A stretch of DNA of 64,000 nucleotides from Bacteroidales bacterium (GTDB taxonomy: Bacteria > Bacteroidota > Bacteroidia > Bacteroidales > UBA10428): contig DATEVU010000105.1 of assembly GCA_035258345.1 (NCBI GenBank), positions 4,689-68,688 of the forward strand. The letters run 5' to 3'. A program made the position numbers and the translations under genes. Under the pieces are notes generated by a model. It did not search any database. It saw only the letters and a list, made by a program, of their open reading frames with translations, and was not told the DNA's origin. This document shows positions 10,492 to 19,624 of the stretch, one piece after another; position 1 is the first letter of the stretch, and every line of letters begins with the position of its first letter.

Positions 10492-10887
10492 TTACTGCAG
10501 CATGCAGATATCCACTACCGAATTGCCCGGTTTCTTTTCCTTGAACCGGATAAGGATATCGTAAAAGGCAGTTTTGTTGCAAACAAAACTAAAGGTTTCA
10601 AAATATTTCTCACCGATTGAATTGGTAAGGATCAGGTTATCCGCGTCAAGCAATTCAAACACTGCTTTTCCGGCATAATTGTCGCGATGGTTGGTGATCT
10701 TGAATTTATAAGAAGTTCCCTTGTTTAATTTCAGGGTCATAAAATATTCATTTTCATAATCAATATCACTTACCCGATCGAGTTTAAACTCCAATTGCTT
10801 GATGAAAATTTCCTTTTGTTGTGTAAATGCAGCAGGGGAATTGAGCAAGAGCATGATAAAGGCTGCAAATAATATTGTTTGCTTCAT
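10492..10887 (-). CDS. Hypothetical small secreted protein
   Basis: 131-aa ORF with signal peptide MKQTILFAAFIMLLLNSPAAFTQ. I recognise no motif. Confidence 0.5.
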   Translation of the reverse strand: MKQTILFAAFIMLLLNSPAAFTQQKEIFIKQLEFKLDRVSDIDYENEYFMTLKLNKGTSYKFKITNHRDNYAGKAVFELLDADNLILTNSIGEKYFETFSFVCNKTAFYDILIRFKEKKPGNSVVDICMLQ

Positions 10888-10952
10888 GTTCTGTAATAAT
10901 TTGGTTACAATAATAGTTAAAGATTGGTTCTATAAAAATCAAAGACGAAATA

Positions 10953-11735
10953 CTATCGCCCGGTCTTAATCGTCATCCATTCCATATCTGTATCAAGCAG
11001 GATCAGTTTTGCGTTTTCCGAAACCCTGCTAAGATCAACGCGGGACAATTTGATGACCAGATTTTCGAGTTTTGTCCTGTAAATATCACCTGAAAGTCCG
11101 CTGCAAGTTGTTACACCGTTTCTCAGATAAAACAGGGCTTTCACCTGCCGTTTTTCATCATTGCCGGACAGGGCTTCTGACAGGGCATCCAGCCGTTTCC
11201 AACCGGATGAGTTCTTATTCCACCAGTTTCTCGCCCTGTCAATGCTGATAGACCGTATCAGCTTTCTTTTTTCATCAGTTGTCATTTTGTCGATCGCCTT
11301 TCGGTTGGCAGAATTGTTATAATAATCGGGAAAGGAAAACCGGATAAAATCCGCCAGCTCGGCATCAGGCAAATGTATCCCGCTGAAGCCGAAATTCTGA
11401 AAGGTTAGATCCTCCAGCATCCATCCGGCCCTGACACATAAATCATCAATATCATAATCAATGATCTGACCATGTCCGTAAAATTTCTCTGCGCCCGGAT
11501 AGATAAGATCTCCTGTGTTTTTTAATGGATGCAGGCTGCAGTTGTCCATTATTTTCAACATGTGCTCAATTCCTGATGATTCCAGGTTCTCAAGGCCTTC
11601 TTTTGCAGAAAGGACAGATGGCCAGTCATTGGAAAGGAAATTATGGATAAGTTTGTCATAAGGTTCATTCTGATTGACTGCAGAAACAGCATTTGAAAGG
11701 CAGATTAGCAGCAGGGGCAGCAATAATTTATTCAT
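10953..11735 (-). CDS. Hypothetical secreted protein
   Basis: The ATG at 11735 gives signal peptide MNKLLLPLLLICLSNAVSA. The ORF track extends to 11789 without a signal. No recognisable motif. Confidence 0.5.
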   Translation of the reverse strand: MNKLLLPLLLICLSNAVSAVNQNEPYDKLIHNFLSNDWPSVLSAKEGLENLESSGIEHMLKIMDNCSLHPLKNTGDLIYPGAEKFYGHGQIIDYDIDDLCVRAGWMLEDLTFQNFGFSGIHLPDAELADFIRFSFPDYYNNSANRKAIDKMTTDEKRKLIRSISIDRARNWWNKNSSGWKRLDALSEALSGNDEKRQVKALFYLRNGVTTCSGLSGDIYRTKLENLVIKLSRVDLSRVSENAKLILLDTDMEWMTIKTGR

Positions 11736-11858
11736 ACAGCATTGGATATAAGGTTTCGTGTATGAAGAGTAATACGAATAATCCACCAAAAGAGTTCCTG
11801 AAAAATTTGAGTTATGTGTCCACTCCGATTAATGCAGTTATTTGGTTTGGATGAGGGA

Positions 11859-12710
11859 TTAATGATTTACTATTTTTAATGATTGCATATCAGGTCTGAT
11901 CGATTTAACGGGCTCATTGAGACTTCCCTGCCGGTACCCTTCCAGGTCGATGGTGACATAATGGTATCCCAATGATTTCATTTTACGCACAATACGGATC
12001 CTTAGATCATCATCTGCAAAACGTTTGATCTGTGCGGGCGTGATTTCTATACGCAAGGTATGTTTTTCATGCCGGGCCCTGATGTTGGTAAATCCCAGGT
12101 CGATCAGGTAATTCTCTGCTGCATCCACCATCTGCAGTTTATTGAGATCGATAGTCTCACCATAGGGGAACCTGGAGGACAAACAGGCCAGAGCATCCTT
12201 ATCCCATGTTGGAAGTCCCAGCATCTTTGACAATTCCCGGATCTCGCTCTTTGTCAGTCCGGCTTCCTGTAACGGACTGCGGACATTCTTTTCGCGCAGC
12301 GCTTTCTTCCCGGGTCTGTGATCTGAAAGATCATCCATATTGGAACCATCCACCATGTTATTGAAATTTCCGGATTCAACGTAGGTTGCGATTTTGGTAA
12401 ACAGCTCATGCTTGCAGAAATAACATCTGTCCACCGGATTGTTGCTGAATTTTGGATCGTCTGCCTCTTTGGTGTGGATTATTTCGACCTGGATTCCTAT
12501 TGCAGCCGCTGTTTCAAGCGCCCTGCCATACTCCCTGGAAGGATAAGTAGGTGAAATAGCCAATACTGCCTTCACATTTTCGGTCCCCAGCGTATCCGTT
12601 GCCACCTTGAGCAGAAATGAACTGTCCACCCCGCCTGAAAAGGCTACAATTACTTTTTTCATATCCCCTAATACGGATCTTAGCTTTTCCAGTTTGTCAG
12701 TTGCAGTCAT
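11859..12710 (-). CDS. larE: ATP-dependent sacrificial sulfur transferase LarE (PP-loop ATPase)
   Basis: PP-loop VAFSGGVDSS and conserved Cys context ACLSSRFPYG. Start set to ATG 12710 because a -7 box (12756-12749) lies inside the longer ORF. Confidence 0.8.
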   Translation of the reverse strand: MTATDKLEKLRSVLGDMKKVIVAFSGGVDSSFLLKVATDTLGTENVKAVLAISPTYPSREYGRALETAAAIGIQVEIIHTKEADDPKFSNNPVDRCYFCKHELFTKIATYVESGNFNNMVDGSNMDDLSDHRPGKKALREKNVRSPLQEAGLTKSEIRELSKMLGLPTWDKDALACLSSRFPYGETIDLNKLQMVDAAENYLIDLGFTNIRARHEKHTLRIEITPAQIKRFADDDLRIRIVRKMKSLGYHYVTIDLEGYRQGSLNEPVKSIRPDMQSLKIVNH

Positions 12711-12748
12711 AGCTTCCGGTTGTTTAATTATTTCCCTTACAGGATATG

Positions 12749-12756
12749 CAAAGTTA
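12749..12756 (-). promoter_or_regulatory. -7 promoter box TAACTTTG (minus strand) for larE
   Basis: The plus strand reads CAAAGTTA, an exact TAnnTTTG on the minus strand, 39 nt upstream of ATG 12710. Confidence 0.45.
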
Positions 12757-12793
12757 AATAAAAGAAATTTAGATAATAAAATCATTTAAAATT

Positions 12794-12830
12794 TAACACC
12801 CCGACGGGGTACCACCTCGTCGGGGTGTTA
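12794..12830. repeat. Perfect 13-bp inverted repeat (GC-rich hairpin) in a divergent intergenic region
   Basis: TAACACCCCGACG (12794-12806) pairs with CGTCGGGGTGTTA (12818-12830) around an 11-nt loop. It contains the inner palindrome CCCCGACGGGG. Confidence 0.6.
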
Positions 12831-12901
12831 AAATAAACCCGCAGGGTAGCAATTAATGAAATATTCATTTTAAATTAGTACCCGAATTGTATTCAGGTAG
12901 T

Positions 12902-13882
12902 ATGCAACTGATAAAATGGGGAATAATTGGCTGCGGAAGTGTTACCGAAGTTAAAAGCGGACCAGCGTTTAACAAGGTCGAAGGATCGGAACTTGTTGCC
13001 GTAATGCGCCGTGATGGTGATAAAGCAAAGGATTATGCCCGGCGCCATCATGTTCCCAGGTGGTATGAAAACGCCGGTGAACTGATCAATGATCCCCAGG
13101 TAAATGCGGTGTACATATCCACGCCACCCTCCAGTCATGCCGGTTATGCCATACAGGCCATGGAAGCGGGGAAGGCAGTATATGTTGAAAAACCCATGGC
13201 AGCAGTTTTTGCTGATTGTGTTGCCATGAACGAAGTGTCGCGTTATTCGGGCGTGCCCTTATATGTTGCTTATTACCGCAGATTTCTGCCGTATTTTATC
13301 AAGGTTAAGGAAATTCTGGAAGGTGATGTTCTTGGCCAACTGCATTTTGCCAAAATCGACTTCCATATTCCCCCGCGCCGTGAAGACTATAATAGTTCGC
13401 GGTTGCCCTGGCGGGTAATACCGGAAATTGCCGGAGGCGGTTATTTTTATGACCTGGCCTGTCATCAGCTCGACCTATTCTCCTGGTTTTTCGGAAAGGC
13501 AAAGGACGTGTATGGAAAAACCAACAACCGGCTGGGATTATACAAAGCGGAAGACCTCGTTTTTGCCGAAATGGATTATGAATCGGGAATACCGGTATCC
13601 GGTACCTGGTGTTTCGTGAGCGACAATAGTCAAAACGAAGACATGATAAGGGTTTTCGGATCAAAGGCAACACTGGAATTTTCAACCTTTGCTTTCACGC
13701 CCATCCGCATAATAAACAGTGAAGGGGTGGTTGAATTTCTTCCTCCAAATCCCGAGAACATCCAATACTGGTTTATAAAAAATATGGTTGAAGAATTGCA
13801 GGGATTGCGCGAAAAATCCTGCAATGGTGAGATTGCCGCACATACCAACTGGATCATGGATAAAATTCTGGCAAAGATCTGA
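12902..13882 (+). CDS. Gfo/Idh/MocA family NAD(P)-dependent oxidoreductase
   Basis: N-terminal Rossmann segment KWGIIGCGSVTEVK and the family EKP motif (VYVEKPMA). ATG 12902 is preferred over the TTG at 12887. Confidence 0.85.
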   Translation: MQLIKWGIIGCGSVTEVKSGPAFNKVEGSELVAVMRRDGDKAKDYARRHHVPRWYENAGELINDPQVNAVYISTPPSSHAGYAIQAMEAGKAVYVEKPMAAVFADCVAMNEVSRYSGVPLYVAYYRRFLPYFIKVKEILEGDVLGQLHFAKIDFHIPPRREDYNSSRLPWRVIPEIAGGGYFYDLACHQLDLFSWFFGKAKDVYGKTNNRLGLYKAEDLVFAEMDYESGIPVSGTWCFVSDNSQNEDMIRVFGSKATLEFSTFAFTPIRIINSEGVVEFLPPNPENIQYWFIKNMVEELQGLREKSCNGEIAAHTNWIMDKILAKI

Positions 13883-13883
13883 A

Positions 13884-15011
13884 ATGAAAATTGTCGCTGA
13901 TGATAGGATCCCATTCCTGAAAGGTGTTCTTGAGCCTTTTGCAGACATGGTATACCTGCCCGGTCACGAAATTTCGAACCATGACCTCAGGGATGCGGAT
14001 GCCCTTTTGGTAAGAACACGTACCTGTTGCAACGGGGAATTGCTTGAAAATACTCCTGTGAAATTCGTTGGCACAGCCACCATTGGCTATGATCATATTG
14101 ATATCCGGTATTGTGACAAGCGGGGAATTGTTTGGCGTAATGCGCCGGGATGCAATGCCGGTTCGGTTAACCAATACATTACATCAGTTTTGGCATATCT
14201 GGCAGGCGAGAATAAATTTTCGCTGGGCAACAGGACATTGGGGGTTGTGGGTGTGGGCAATGTGGGGAGCCGGGTGGTACGCACGGCCGAGCTGCTGAGT
14301 ATGACAGTTTATCTTTGTGATCCGCCACGGGTGAGAGAAGAAGGTGTATGCGGATATATATCCCTGGAAGGAATCTTACGTGAGTGTGACATCATCACCT
14401 TCCATGTACCATTGAGTTATGAGGGTACCGACCCCACATATCACATGATCGGTAATGAACTGCTCAACCGGGTTAATCCTGGAACCTTTATTATAAATAC
14501 CTCACGCGGGGAGGTGGCCGATGGCAAAGCTCTTAAAAAGGCCATAAGAACAGGAAAGATAGCCGGTGCCATATTGGATGTTTGGGAAAACGAACCTGAA
14601 ATTGACCTTGAACTGCTGAATCTGACAACGATCGGCACACCGCATATAGCAGGTTATTCGGCTGACGGTAAAGCAAATGGAACTGCCATGATCGTGCATG
14701 AACTGAGCCGGTTCTTTGATCTTGGCATTGACGGATGGGAGCCTGAGGAAATTCCAAAGCCGGTAATGTCTGATTTTCAGATCGATTGCCGGAGTATTTC
14801 CCAGGAGGAAGCATTATTACAGGCTATTCTTGGTACCTATGATGTTGAAGACGATGACAGGAAGCTTAAGAAAACACCTGTAAATTTTGAAAAACTCCGG
14901 GGTGATTATCATTTGAGAAGAGAGTTTGGAGCCTATACGCTGGAGCTAATGGGCGGAACACCGCAGCTTGGCACGATTTGCCGTAAGCTGGGTTTTAAGA
15001 TGGTGCTATAA
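13884..15011 (+). CDS. pdxB: 4-phosphoerythronate dehydrogenase
   Basis: N-terminus MKIVADDRIPFLKGVLEPF and NAD motif GVVGVGNVGSRV of D-2-hydroxyacid dehydrogenases, about 375 aa. The ATG is 1 nt after the upstream stop. The ORF-track start at 13788 overlaps the previous gene. Confidence 0.85.
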   Translation: MKIVADDRIPFLKGVLEPFADMVYLPGHEISNHDLRDADALLVRTRTCCNGELLENTPVKFVGTATIGYDHIDIRYCDKRGIVWRNAPGCNAGSVNQYITSVLAYLAGENKFSLGNRTLGVVGVGNVGSRVVRTAELLSMTVYLCDPPRVREEGVCGYISLEGILRECDIITFHVPLSYEGTDPTYHMIGNELLNRVNPGTFIINTSRGEVADGKALKKAIRTGKIAGAILDVWENEPEIDLELLNLTTIGTPHIAGYSADGKANGTAMIVHELSRFFDLGIDGWEPEEIPKPVMSDFQIDCRSISQEEALLQAILGTYDVEDDDRKLKKTPVNFEKLRGDYHLRREFGAYTLELMGGTPQLGTICRKLGFKMVL

Positions 15012-15028
15012 ATTGAAAAACTGAATAT

Positions 15029-16483
15029 ATGGATCCATTAGCAGACATCGGCCTGATAGGCCTGGCAGTCATGGGCGAAAACCTGGTACTGAATATGGAA
15101 AGTAAAGGTTTTACCGTGGCCGTTTTTAACCGGTCAACTGAAAAGGTTGTCAAGTTCATTCAGGGAAGGGGAAAGGGAAAGAATTTCATTGGAGCTAACA
15201 GTATACCGGAATTGGTACAATCGATTAAAAAACCCCGGAAGGTGATGATGCTGGTTAAGGCTGGTGAGCCGGTTGATGAGCTGATTGAACAATTGCTCCC
15301 TCATCTGGATCAGGGGGATATAGTGATTGACGGGGGCAATTCTTATTTTCCCGATACAATAAGACGGACCCGTTATGTTGAATCAAAAGGTCTTCTTTAT
15401 ATTGGTACCGGTGTTTCAGGAGGGGAAGAAGGAGCACTCAAAGGACCCTCCATCATGCCCGGAGGTTCGGTTTCAGCCTGGCCCATAGTGAAACCATTAT
15501 TCCAGGCCATTGCCGCCAGGGTGGAAGATGGAACGCCCTGTTGCGACTGGGTTGGTGAGGACGGTGCCGGACATTTTGTAAAAATGGTACACAATGGCAT
15601 CGAATACGGTGACATGCAGCTTATAAGTGAAGCCTATCATCTTCTCAGGGATCTGGGCGGATTCAGCAGTGATGAAATGCACCAGATTTTCAGCAGATGG
15701 AACCAGGGCGAATTAAACAGCTACCTTATCGAAATTACTGCTGATATACTGGCTTTCAAGGACAAAGACGGAACTCCTCTGGTTGAGAAGATACTGGATA
15801 CAGCAGGACAAAAAGGTACGGGGAAATGGACCGGAATTGAAGCCCTTGAACTGGGCGTTCCGCTTACCCTGATCGTAGAGGCTGTTTTTGCAAGGTCATT
15901 ATCCGCCATCAAGGAAGAACGGGTAAAAGCTTCTGAAATACTCGCCAGGGCACCCGAACACTATGCAGGAGACAGGAATATCCTGGCAGAGGATATCCGG
16001 AATGCACTCTATGCATCTAAATTGGTGTCCTATGCCCAGGGTTATGCACTGATGCGCGCGGCAGCAAAGGAATACAAGTGGAACCTGAATTACGGGGGCA
16101 TTGCCCTTATGTGGCGCGGAGGTTGTATCATCAGGTCCGTCTTCCTGAGTAAGATAAAGGAAGCCTATGACCGGAACGGTGAACTTCACAACCTGTTACT
16201 GGATCCATATTTTACCGGTAGTATTTTGAAAGCCCAGGAGGGATGGAGGCGTGTCGTGGCTTCGGCAGCAATGCATGGTATTCCCATACCAGCCTTGTCA
16301 TCAGCACTGGCTTATTTCGACGGTTACGGGACCGCCGCATTACCTGCCAATCTGCTGCAGGCACAGCGCGATTATTTCGGTGCCCATACCTATGAGCGTA
16401 TTGACAGGCCCAGGGGAGAGTTTTTTCATACAAACTGGACTGGAAGGGGAGGTGATACGGCATCCTCCACTTACAATGCATAA
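15029..16483 (+). CDS. gnd: 6-phosphogluconate dehydrogenase, decarboxylating
   Basis: 484 aa with NADP motif IGLIGLAVMGENLVLN and conserved GAGHFVKMVHNGIEYGDMQLI. Confidence 0.95.
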   Translation: MDPLADIGLIGLAVMGENLVLNMESKGFTVAVFNRSTEKVVKFIQGRGKGKNFIGANSIPELVQSIKKPRKVMMLVKAGEPVDELIEQLLPHLDQGDIVIDGGNSYFPDTIRRTRYVESKGLLYIGTGVSGGEEGALKGPSIMPGGSVSAWPIVKPLFQAIAARVEDGTPCCDWVGEDGAGHFVKMVHNGIEYGDMQLISEAYHLLRDLGGFSSDEMHQIFSRWNQGELNSYLIEITADILAFKDKDGTPLVEKILDTAGQKGTGKWTGIEALELGVPLTLIVEAVFARSLSAIKEERVKASEILARAPEHYAGDRNILAEDIRNALYASKLVSYAQGYALMRAAAKEYKWNLNYGGIALMWRGGCIIRSVFLSKIKEAYDRNGELHNLLLDPYFTGSILKAQEGWRRVVASAAMHGIPIPALSSALAYFDGYGTAALPANLLQAQRDYFGAHTYERIDRPRGEFFHTNWTGRGGDTASSTYNA

Positions 16484-16516
16484 TAGTCCGGCAATTGATT
16501 TGTGATCTTTTTTCAG

Positions 16517-16524
16517 TATCTTTG
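16517..16524 (+). promoter_or_regulatory. -7 promoter box TATCTTTG upstream of ssrA
   Basis: Exact TAnnTTTG 53 nt before the mature tmRNA 5' end, which implies a processed precursor leader. Confidence 0.4.
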
Positions 16525-16576
16525 CACCAGGTTCTTTGATCTTAATCTTACTCAAACTCTTGCTCAATTTTAACAC

Positions 16577-16971
16577 GGGGCTGCTCTGGTATTGACAGCA
16601 AGACGATTGGTAAGCAAGCATGCCGGGCTACGCATGGCATCCCGTAAAACTGCAGTGCAAACTATTAAATGGCGAACCTAATTACGCGCTCGCTGCCTAA
16701 TCGAAGTATAGTAGATTAAGGCAATCTCCCGACACAAGGTGCCGGGACGGGCTGTTCCTCCATTGCCCTGCCATACGGCGGTGGATCAAGGGACACATTA
16801 AAGGTAAGGCTGGTCTGGTAAGCACCCCTGTAACCGGATGAGATTAAAAGGGGATAAGATTCAGGTAGGCCGCCCGGTGCCAGCCTGCATACGAAAACCA
16901 ACATCGGGCTAAGCATGTAGAAACCTTATGGGTTGCTTGTTTGGACCCGGGTTCGATTCCCGGCAGCTCCA
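16577..16971 (+). ncRNA. ssrA: tmRNA (transfer-messenger RNA)
   Basis: The 5' GGGGCTG pairs with the 3' CAGCTCC(A) acceptor arm, and a T-arm GGGTTCGATTCCCGG lies at 16948-16962. The internal tag reading frame GGC GAA CCT AAT TAC GCG CTC GCT GCC TAA (16671-16700) encodes GEPNYALAA. CCA is not encoded. Confidence 0.92.
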
Positions 16972-17010
16972 CTAAAGAGTTTAGGGTGCAGGTTTTGAGC
17001 AAATTACCTT

Positions 17011-17616
17011 TCACCCTCCCTTAAGCTTTTTTATTTCGTTAAAGTGATCTATACTCATTCTTTCACGCTCGATCCTGGTCTTTTTTTGGTATTCCTCAAA
17101 CTCTTCCTTGAGTTTGTTCAGATCTTTTTTTGTTCTGAGTGTAACAGCCCTGTTCTGTTTGAATGACAAAAATCCGACAGCGAGGAGAAAAACCAGTACT
17201 GCCATAATGGTCCACATAAATGAATTATAGGCTACTTTATTCACTTCCAATCCCAGTACGCTGATGCTGTTCTTCGTACTGGTCATCTCCGTTAATTCTG
17301 TTTGGGTAACTTCCAGGCTGTTTTTAAGTGAATCTATCCGGCTGTCCAGCGCAGCGGTGTGCAAAATAAGTCCGTTAATTCTGGTTTTGGCATTTTTCAG
17401 CGTATCATTTGTATTCCTGCTGATGATCCGGAACATATCTTCCCTGATAGCCCTGTAGTTCTCATAAATCCTGGTATGTTCTTCCAGGTATTTCAATTGT
17501 TCGGAGATAGTCTCCTCTTTAAATACTTCGGGGAGGTCGCTCTGACAGTTACTCCTGACAGTTCCGGCCAGGACAATAGCTGTAATGACACAAAATTTTA
17601 GTATTGATTGACTCAT
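17011..17616 (-). CDS. Hypothetical coiled-coil membrane protein
   Basis: 201 aa with an N-terminal signal-like segment, a long heptad-like helical region, one TM segment (MWTIMAVLVFLLAVGFLSF) and a charged C-terminal tail. Confidence 0.6.
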   Translation of the reverse strand: MSQSILKFCVITAIVLAGTVRSNCQSDLPEVFKEETISEQLKYLEEHTRIYENYRAIREDMFRIISRNTNDTLKNAKTRINGLILHTAALDSRIDSLKNSLEVTQTELTEMTSTKNSISVLGLEVNKVAYNSFMWTIMAVLVFLLAVGFLSFKQNRAVTLRTKKDLNKLKEEFEEYQKKTRIERERMSIDHFNEIKKLKGG

Positions 17617-17726
17617 TATTTAAGGGTTAATTAGAATCTGGTTACTTCTGCGGTGACAGAATTGTAACGAAAAAAAAATAATATTATTATAATTTACCCC
17701 GGTGAAAAGGTGGTCAATGCCTTGCA

Positions 17727-18386
17727 CTATCTCACCACAGCATTTTTCAGCGCATGAATGGCTGCAACAGGATCAATGGCTTTAAATATCGCTGTACCGG
17801 CAACCAGGATATCCACCCCTGCCTCGTACAACCGGGCTGCATTTCCAAGGTCGATCCCGCCATCCGCCTCAATTAAAGCATAGGATCCGGAAGCCTGTAT
17901 CAGCGATTTTATTTTTCTGATCTTCTCATACGAGGTTTCGATGAACTGTTGCCCCCCAAAACCGGGATTTACGGACATGATCAGCACCATGTCCACGAAT
18001 GGTATTATCTCCTCCAGTGAGCTTGCCGGAGTATGGGGATTCAGGGTGACCCCTGCCTTCATGCCGAGCTCCCTGATCTCCTGAATGGTCCGGTGCAGGT
18101 GCCGGCAGGCCTCAACATGCACCGTTAACATATCGGCACCTGCATCACGGAATTTATGCAGGTAACGCTCAGGTTCCACGATCATAAGATGCACATCCAG
18201 CGGTTTGCTGGCAATCCTTTTAACCGCTTTTACTACAGGAATGCCAAAGGAAATGTTCGGAACAAAAACGCCGTCCATAATGTCCAGGTGAAAAAAGTCT
18301 GCATCACTGCTATTTATGAGTTCAATATCGTGCTGCAAATTGGCAAAGTCAGCTGCCAGCATGGAAGGTGCAATTAATCGGGCCAT
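17727..18386 (-). CDS. rpe: Ribulose-phosphate 3-epimerase
   Basis: 219 aa with motifs FHLDIMDGVFVPN, DVHLMI, MSVNPGFGGQ and ADGGI. Confidence 0.95.
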   Translation of the reverse strand: MARLIAPSMLAADFANLQHDIELINSSDADFFHLDIMDGVFVPNISFGIPVVKAVKRIASKPLDVHLMIVEPERYLHKFRDAGADMLTVHVEACRHLHRTIQEIRELGMKAGVTLNPHTPASSLEEIIPFVDMVLIMSVNPGFGGQQFIETSYEKIRKIKSLIQASGSYALIEADGGIDLGNAARLYEAGVDILVAGTAIFKAIDPVAAIHALKNAVVR

Positions 18387-18462
18387 AATTGGGGATATGC
18401 TACTTTTTCGTAAAAGTACAAAAAACTTTTACCGTCAGCCATATTTTGGGACAATACCTGAG

Positions 18463-19326
18463 TTAACCCAGGTAGGCCTTTAGAAGTTTGCAGCGCGTGG
18501 CATTTTTTAGCCGCTTGATGGCTTTTTCTTTGATCTGCCTCACCCGTTCGCGGGTAAGATTGAATTCTTCACCAATCTCCTCAAGTGTATACTGGTATTT
18601 GCTGTTGAGCCCAAAATAGAGTTTCAGTATATTGGCTTCCCGGTAAGTAAGAATGGAAAGAACACGTTCGATCTCTTTCCGGAGCGAATCGGTGAGCAGG
18701 CCTTTATCAGGGCTTGGTGTATCTTTGTTTAACATTACATCATACAGGGTACTGTCTTCATCTTCCATGATTGGTGCATCCATGGATACATGCCGTCCTG
18801 CGCTTTTAATGGATTCCTTAACATCCTCAGCGGACATCTCAAGAGTTTCGGCAATTTCATGCACGGATGGTTCCCGTTCATACAATTGTTCAAGTTCGGC
18901 AAATGCCCTGTTTATCTTATTTATGGAGCCAATCTTATTAAGCGGTAACCTTACAATTCTTGATTGTTCCGCCAGGGCCTGAAGAATTGACTGGCGTATC
19001 CACCAGACTGCGTACGAAATAAATTTAAATCCCCGCGTTTCATCAAAACGCTGTGCGGCTTTAATCAGGCCAACATTGCCTTCATCGATCAGATCAGGAA
19101 GACTAAGGCCTTGATTTTGATATTGTTTTGAAACCGAAACCACAAACCTGAGGTTGGCTTTTATCAGTTTTTCCAATGCTTTGTCGTCACCGGCCCGGAT
19201 CCTCCGTGCGAGTTCTACCTCTTCCTCGGCCGTAATAAGCTCCACCTTGCCAATTTCATGCAAATATTTATCCAGTGATGGCGTCTCCCGGTTTGTAACC
19301 TGTTTGACAATTTTTAACTGTCTCAT
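18463..19326 (-). CDS. rpoD: Primary RNA polymerase sigma factor (sigma-70 family, short Bacteroidota form)
   Basis: 287 aa with region 2 ([13 protein letters not shown]) and region 4.2 helix-turn-helix ([23 protein letters not shown]). There is no long region 1.1. Confidence 0.95.
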   Translation of the reverse strand: MRQLKIVKQVTNRETPSLDKYLHEIGKVELITAEEEVELARRIRAGDDKALEKLIKANLRFVVSVSKQYQNQGLSLPDLIDEGNVGLIKAAQRFDETRGFKFISYAVWWIRQSILQALAEQSRIVRLPLNKIGSINKINRAFAELEQLYEREPSVHEIAETLEMSAEDVKESIKSAGRHVSMDAPIMEDEDSTLYDVMLNKDTPSPDKGLLTDSLRKEIERVLSILTYREANILKLYFGLNSKYQYTLEEIGEEFNLTRERVRQIKEKAIKRLKNATRCKLLKAYLG

Positions 19327-19624
19327 AACGTTTTGGGTTTGGAAGGGTTTTACGTGCCGAAAAGGAAAATATGTGACAAAACTCTACCGGAAAGAACTTA
19401 TTAAAATTATAAAATATTATCATATCTGGTATACAAAAAATTGTTAAACTTTTCTTTTGGTATTTGTAAGGAATTGCGTATTATTGCAAGATAATTCCCT
19501 TTTGATATTCCATCTATACTTTTATCAATAATCCATTTTTCATACCCGGTATGACTTTTACCTGTAAGCGTAATAAGTTGTTTGATGTAAAATGATCTTT
19601 TTTTAATAAACCTCCTCACAAATT

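Noticed and set aside
12711-12785. Longer ORF-track starts for larE (12785), pdxB (13788), tsaC (30465), the methyltransferase (48673), ruvX (25326) and the secreted proteins (11789, 31478)
   Set aside because: The N-terminal extensions are hydrophobic or odd, and they overlap upstream genes or contain a TAnnTTTG promoter box. Internal ATGs reproduce typical family N-termini or signal peptides.
16484-16576. Extra ncRNA or riboswitch between gnd and tmRNA
   Set aside because: The 93-nt spacer is accounted for by a -7 box (16517-16524) and a precursor leader for tmRNA. No conserved riboswitch core is recognisable.
16716-16916. 66-aa ORF (and 16340-16621) overlapping the tmRNA locus
   Set aside because: The region is explained by the tmRNA gene, which has acceptor and T arms, a tag ORF and pseudoknot-rich GC sequence. 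The ORFs are antisense and unsupported.
17617-17726. Terminator search after rpe (minus strand)
   Set aside because: Only a T run preceded by AT-rich sequence and direct (not inverted) CACC repeats are present. No convincing stem was found.
19407-19619. 70-aa ORF in the rpoD-rho divergent spacer
   Set aside because: The composition is AT-rich and Lys/Ile/Asn-biased, as expected from non-coding sequence. No promoter box precedes it and no motif is present. It is more likely the rho 5' leader or promoter region.
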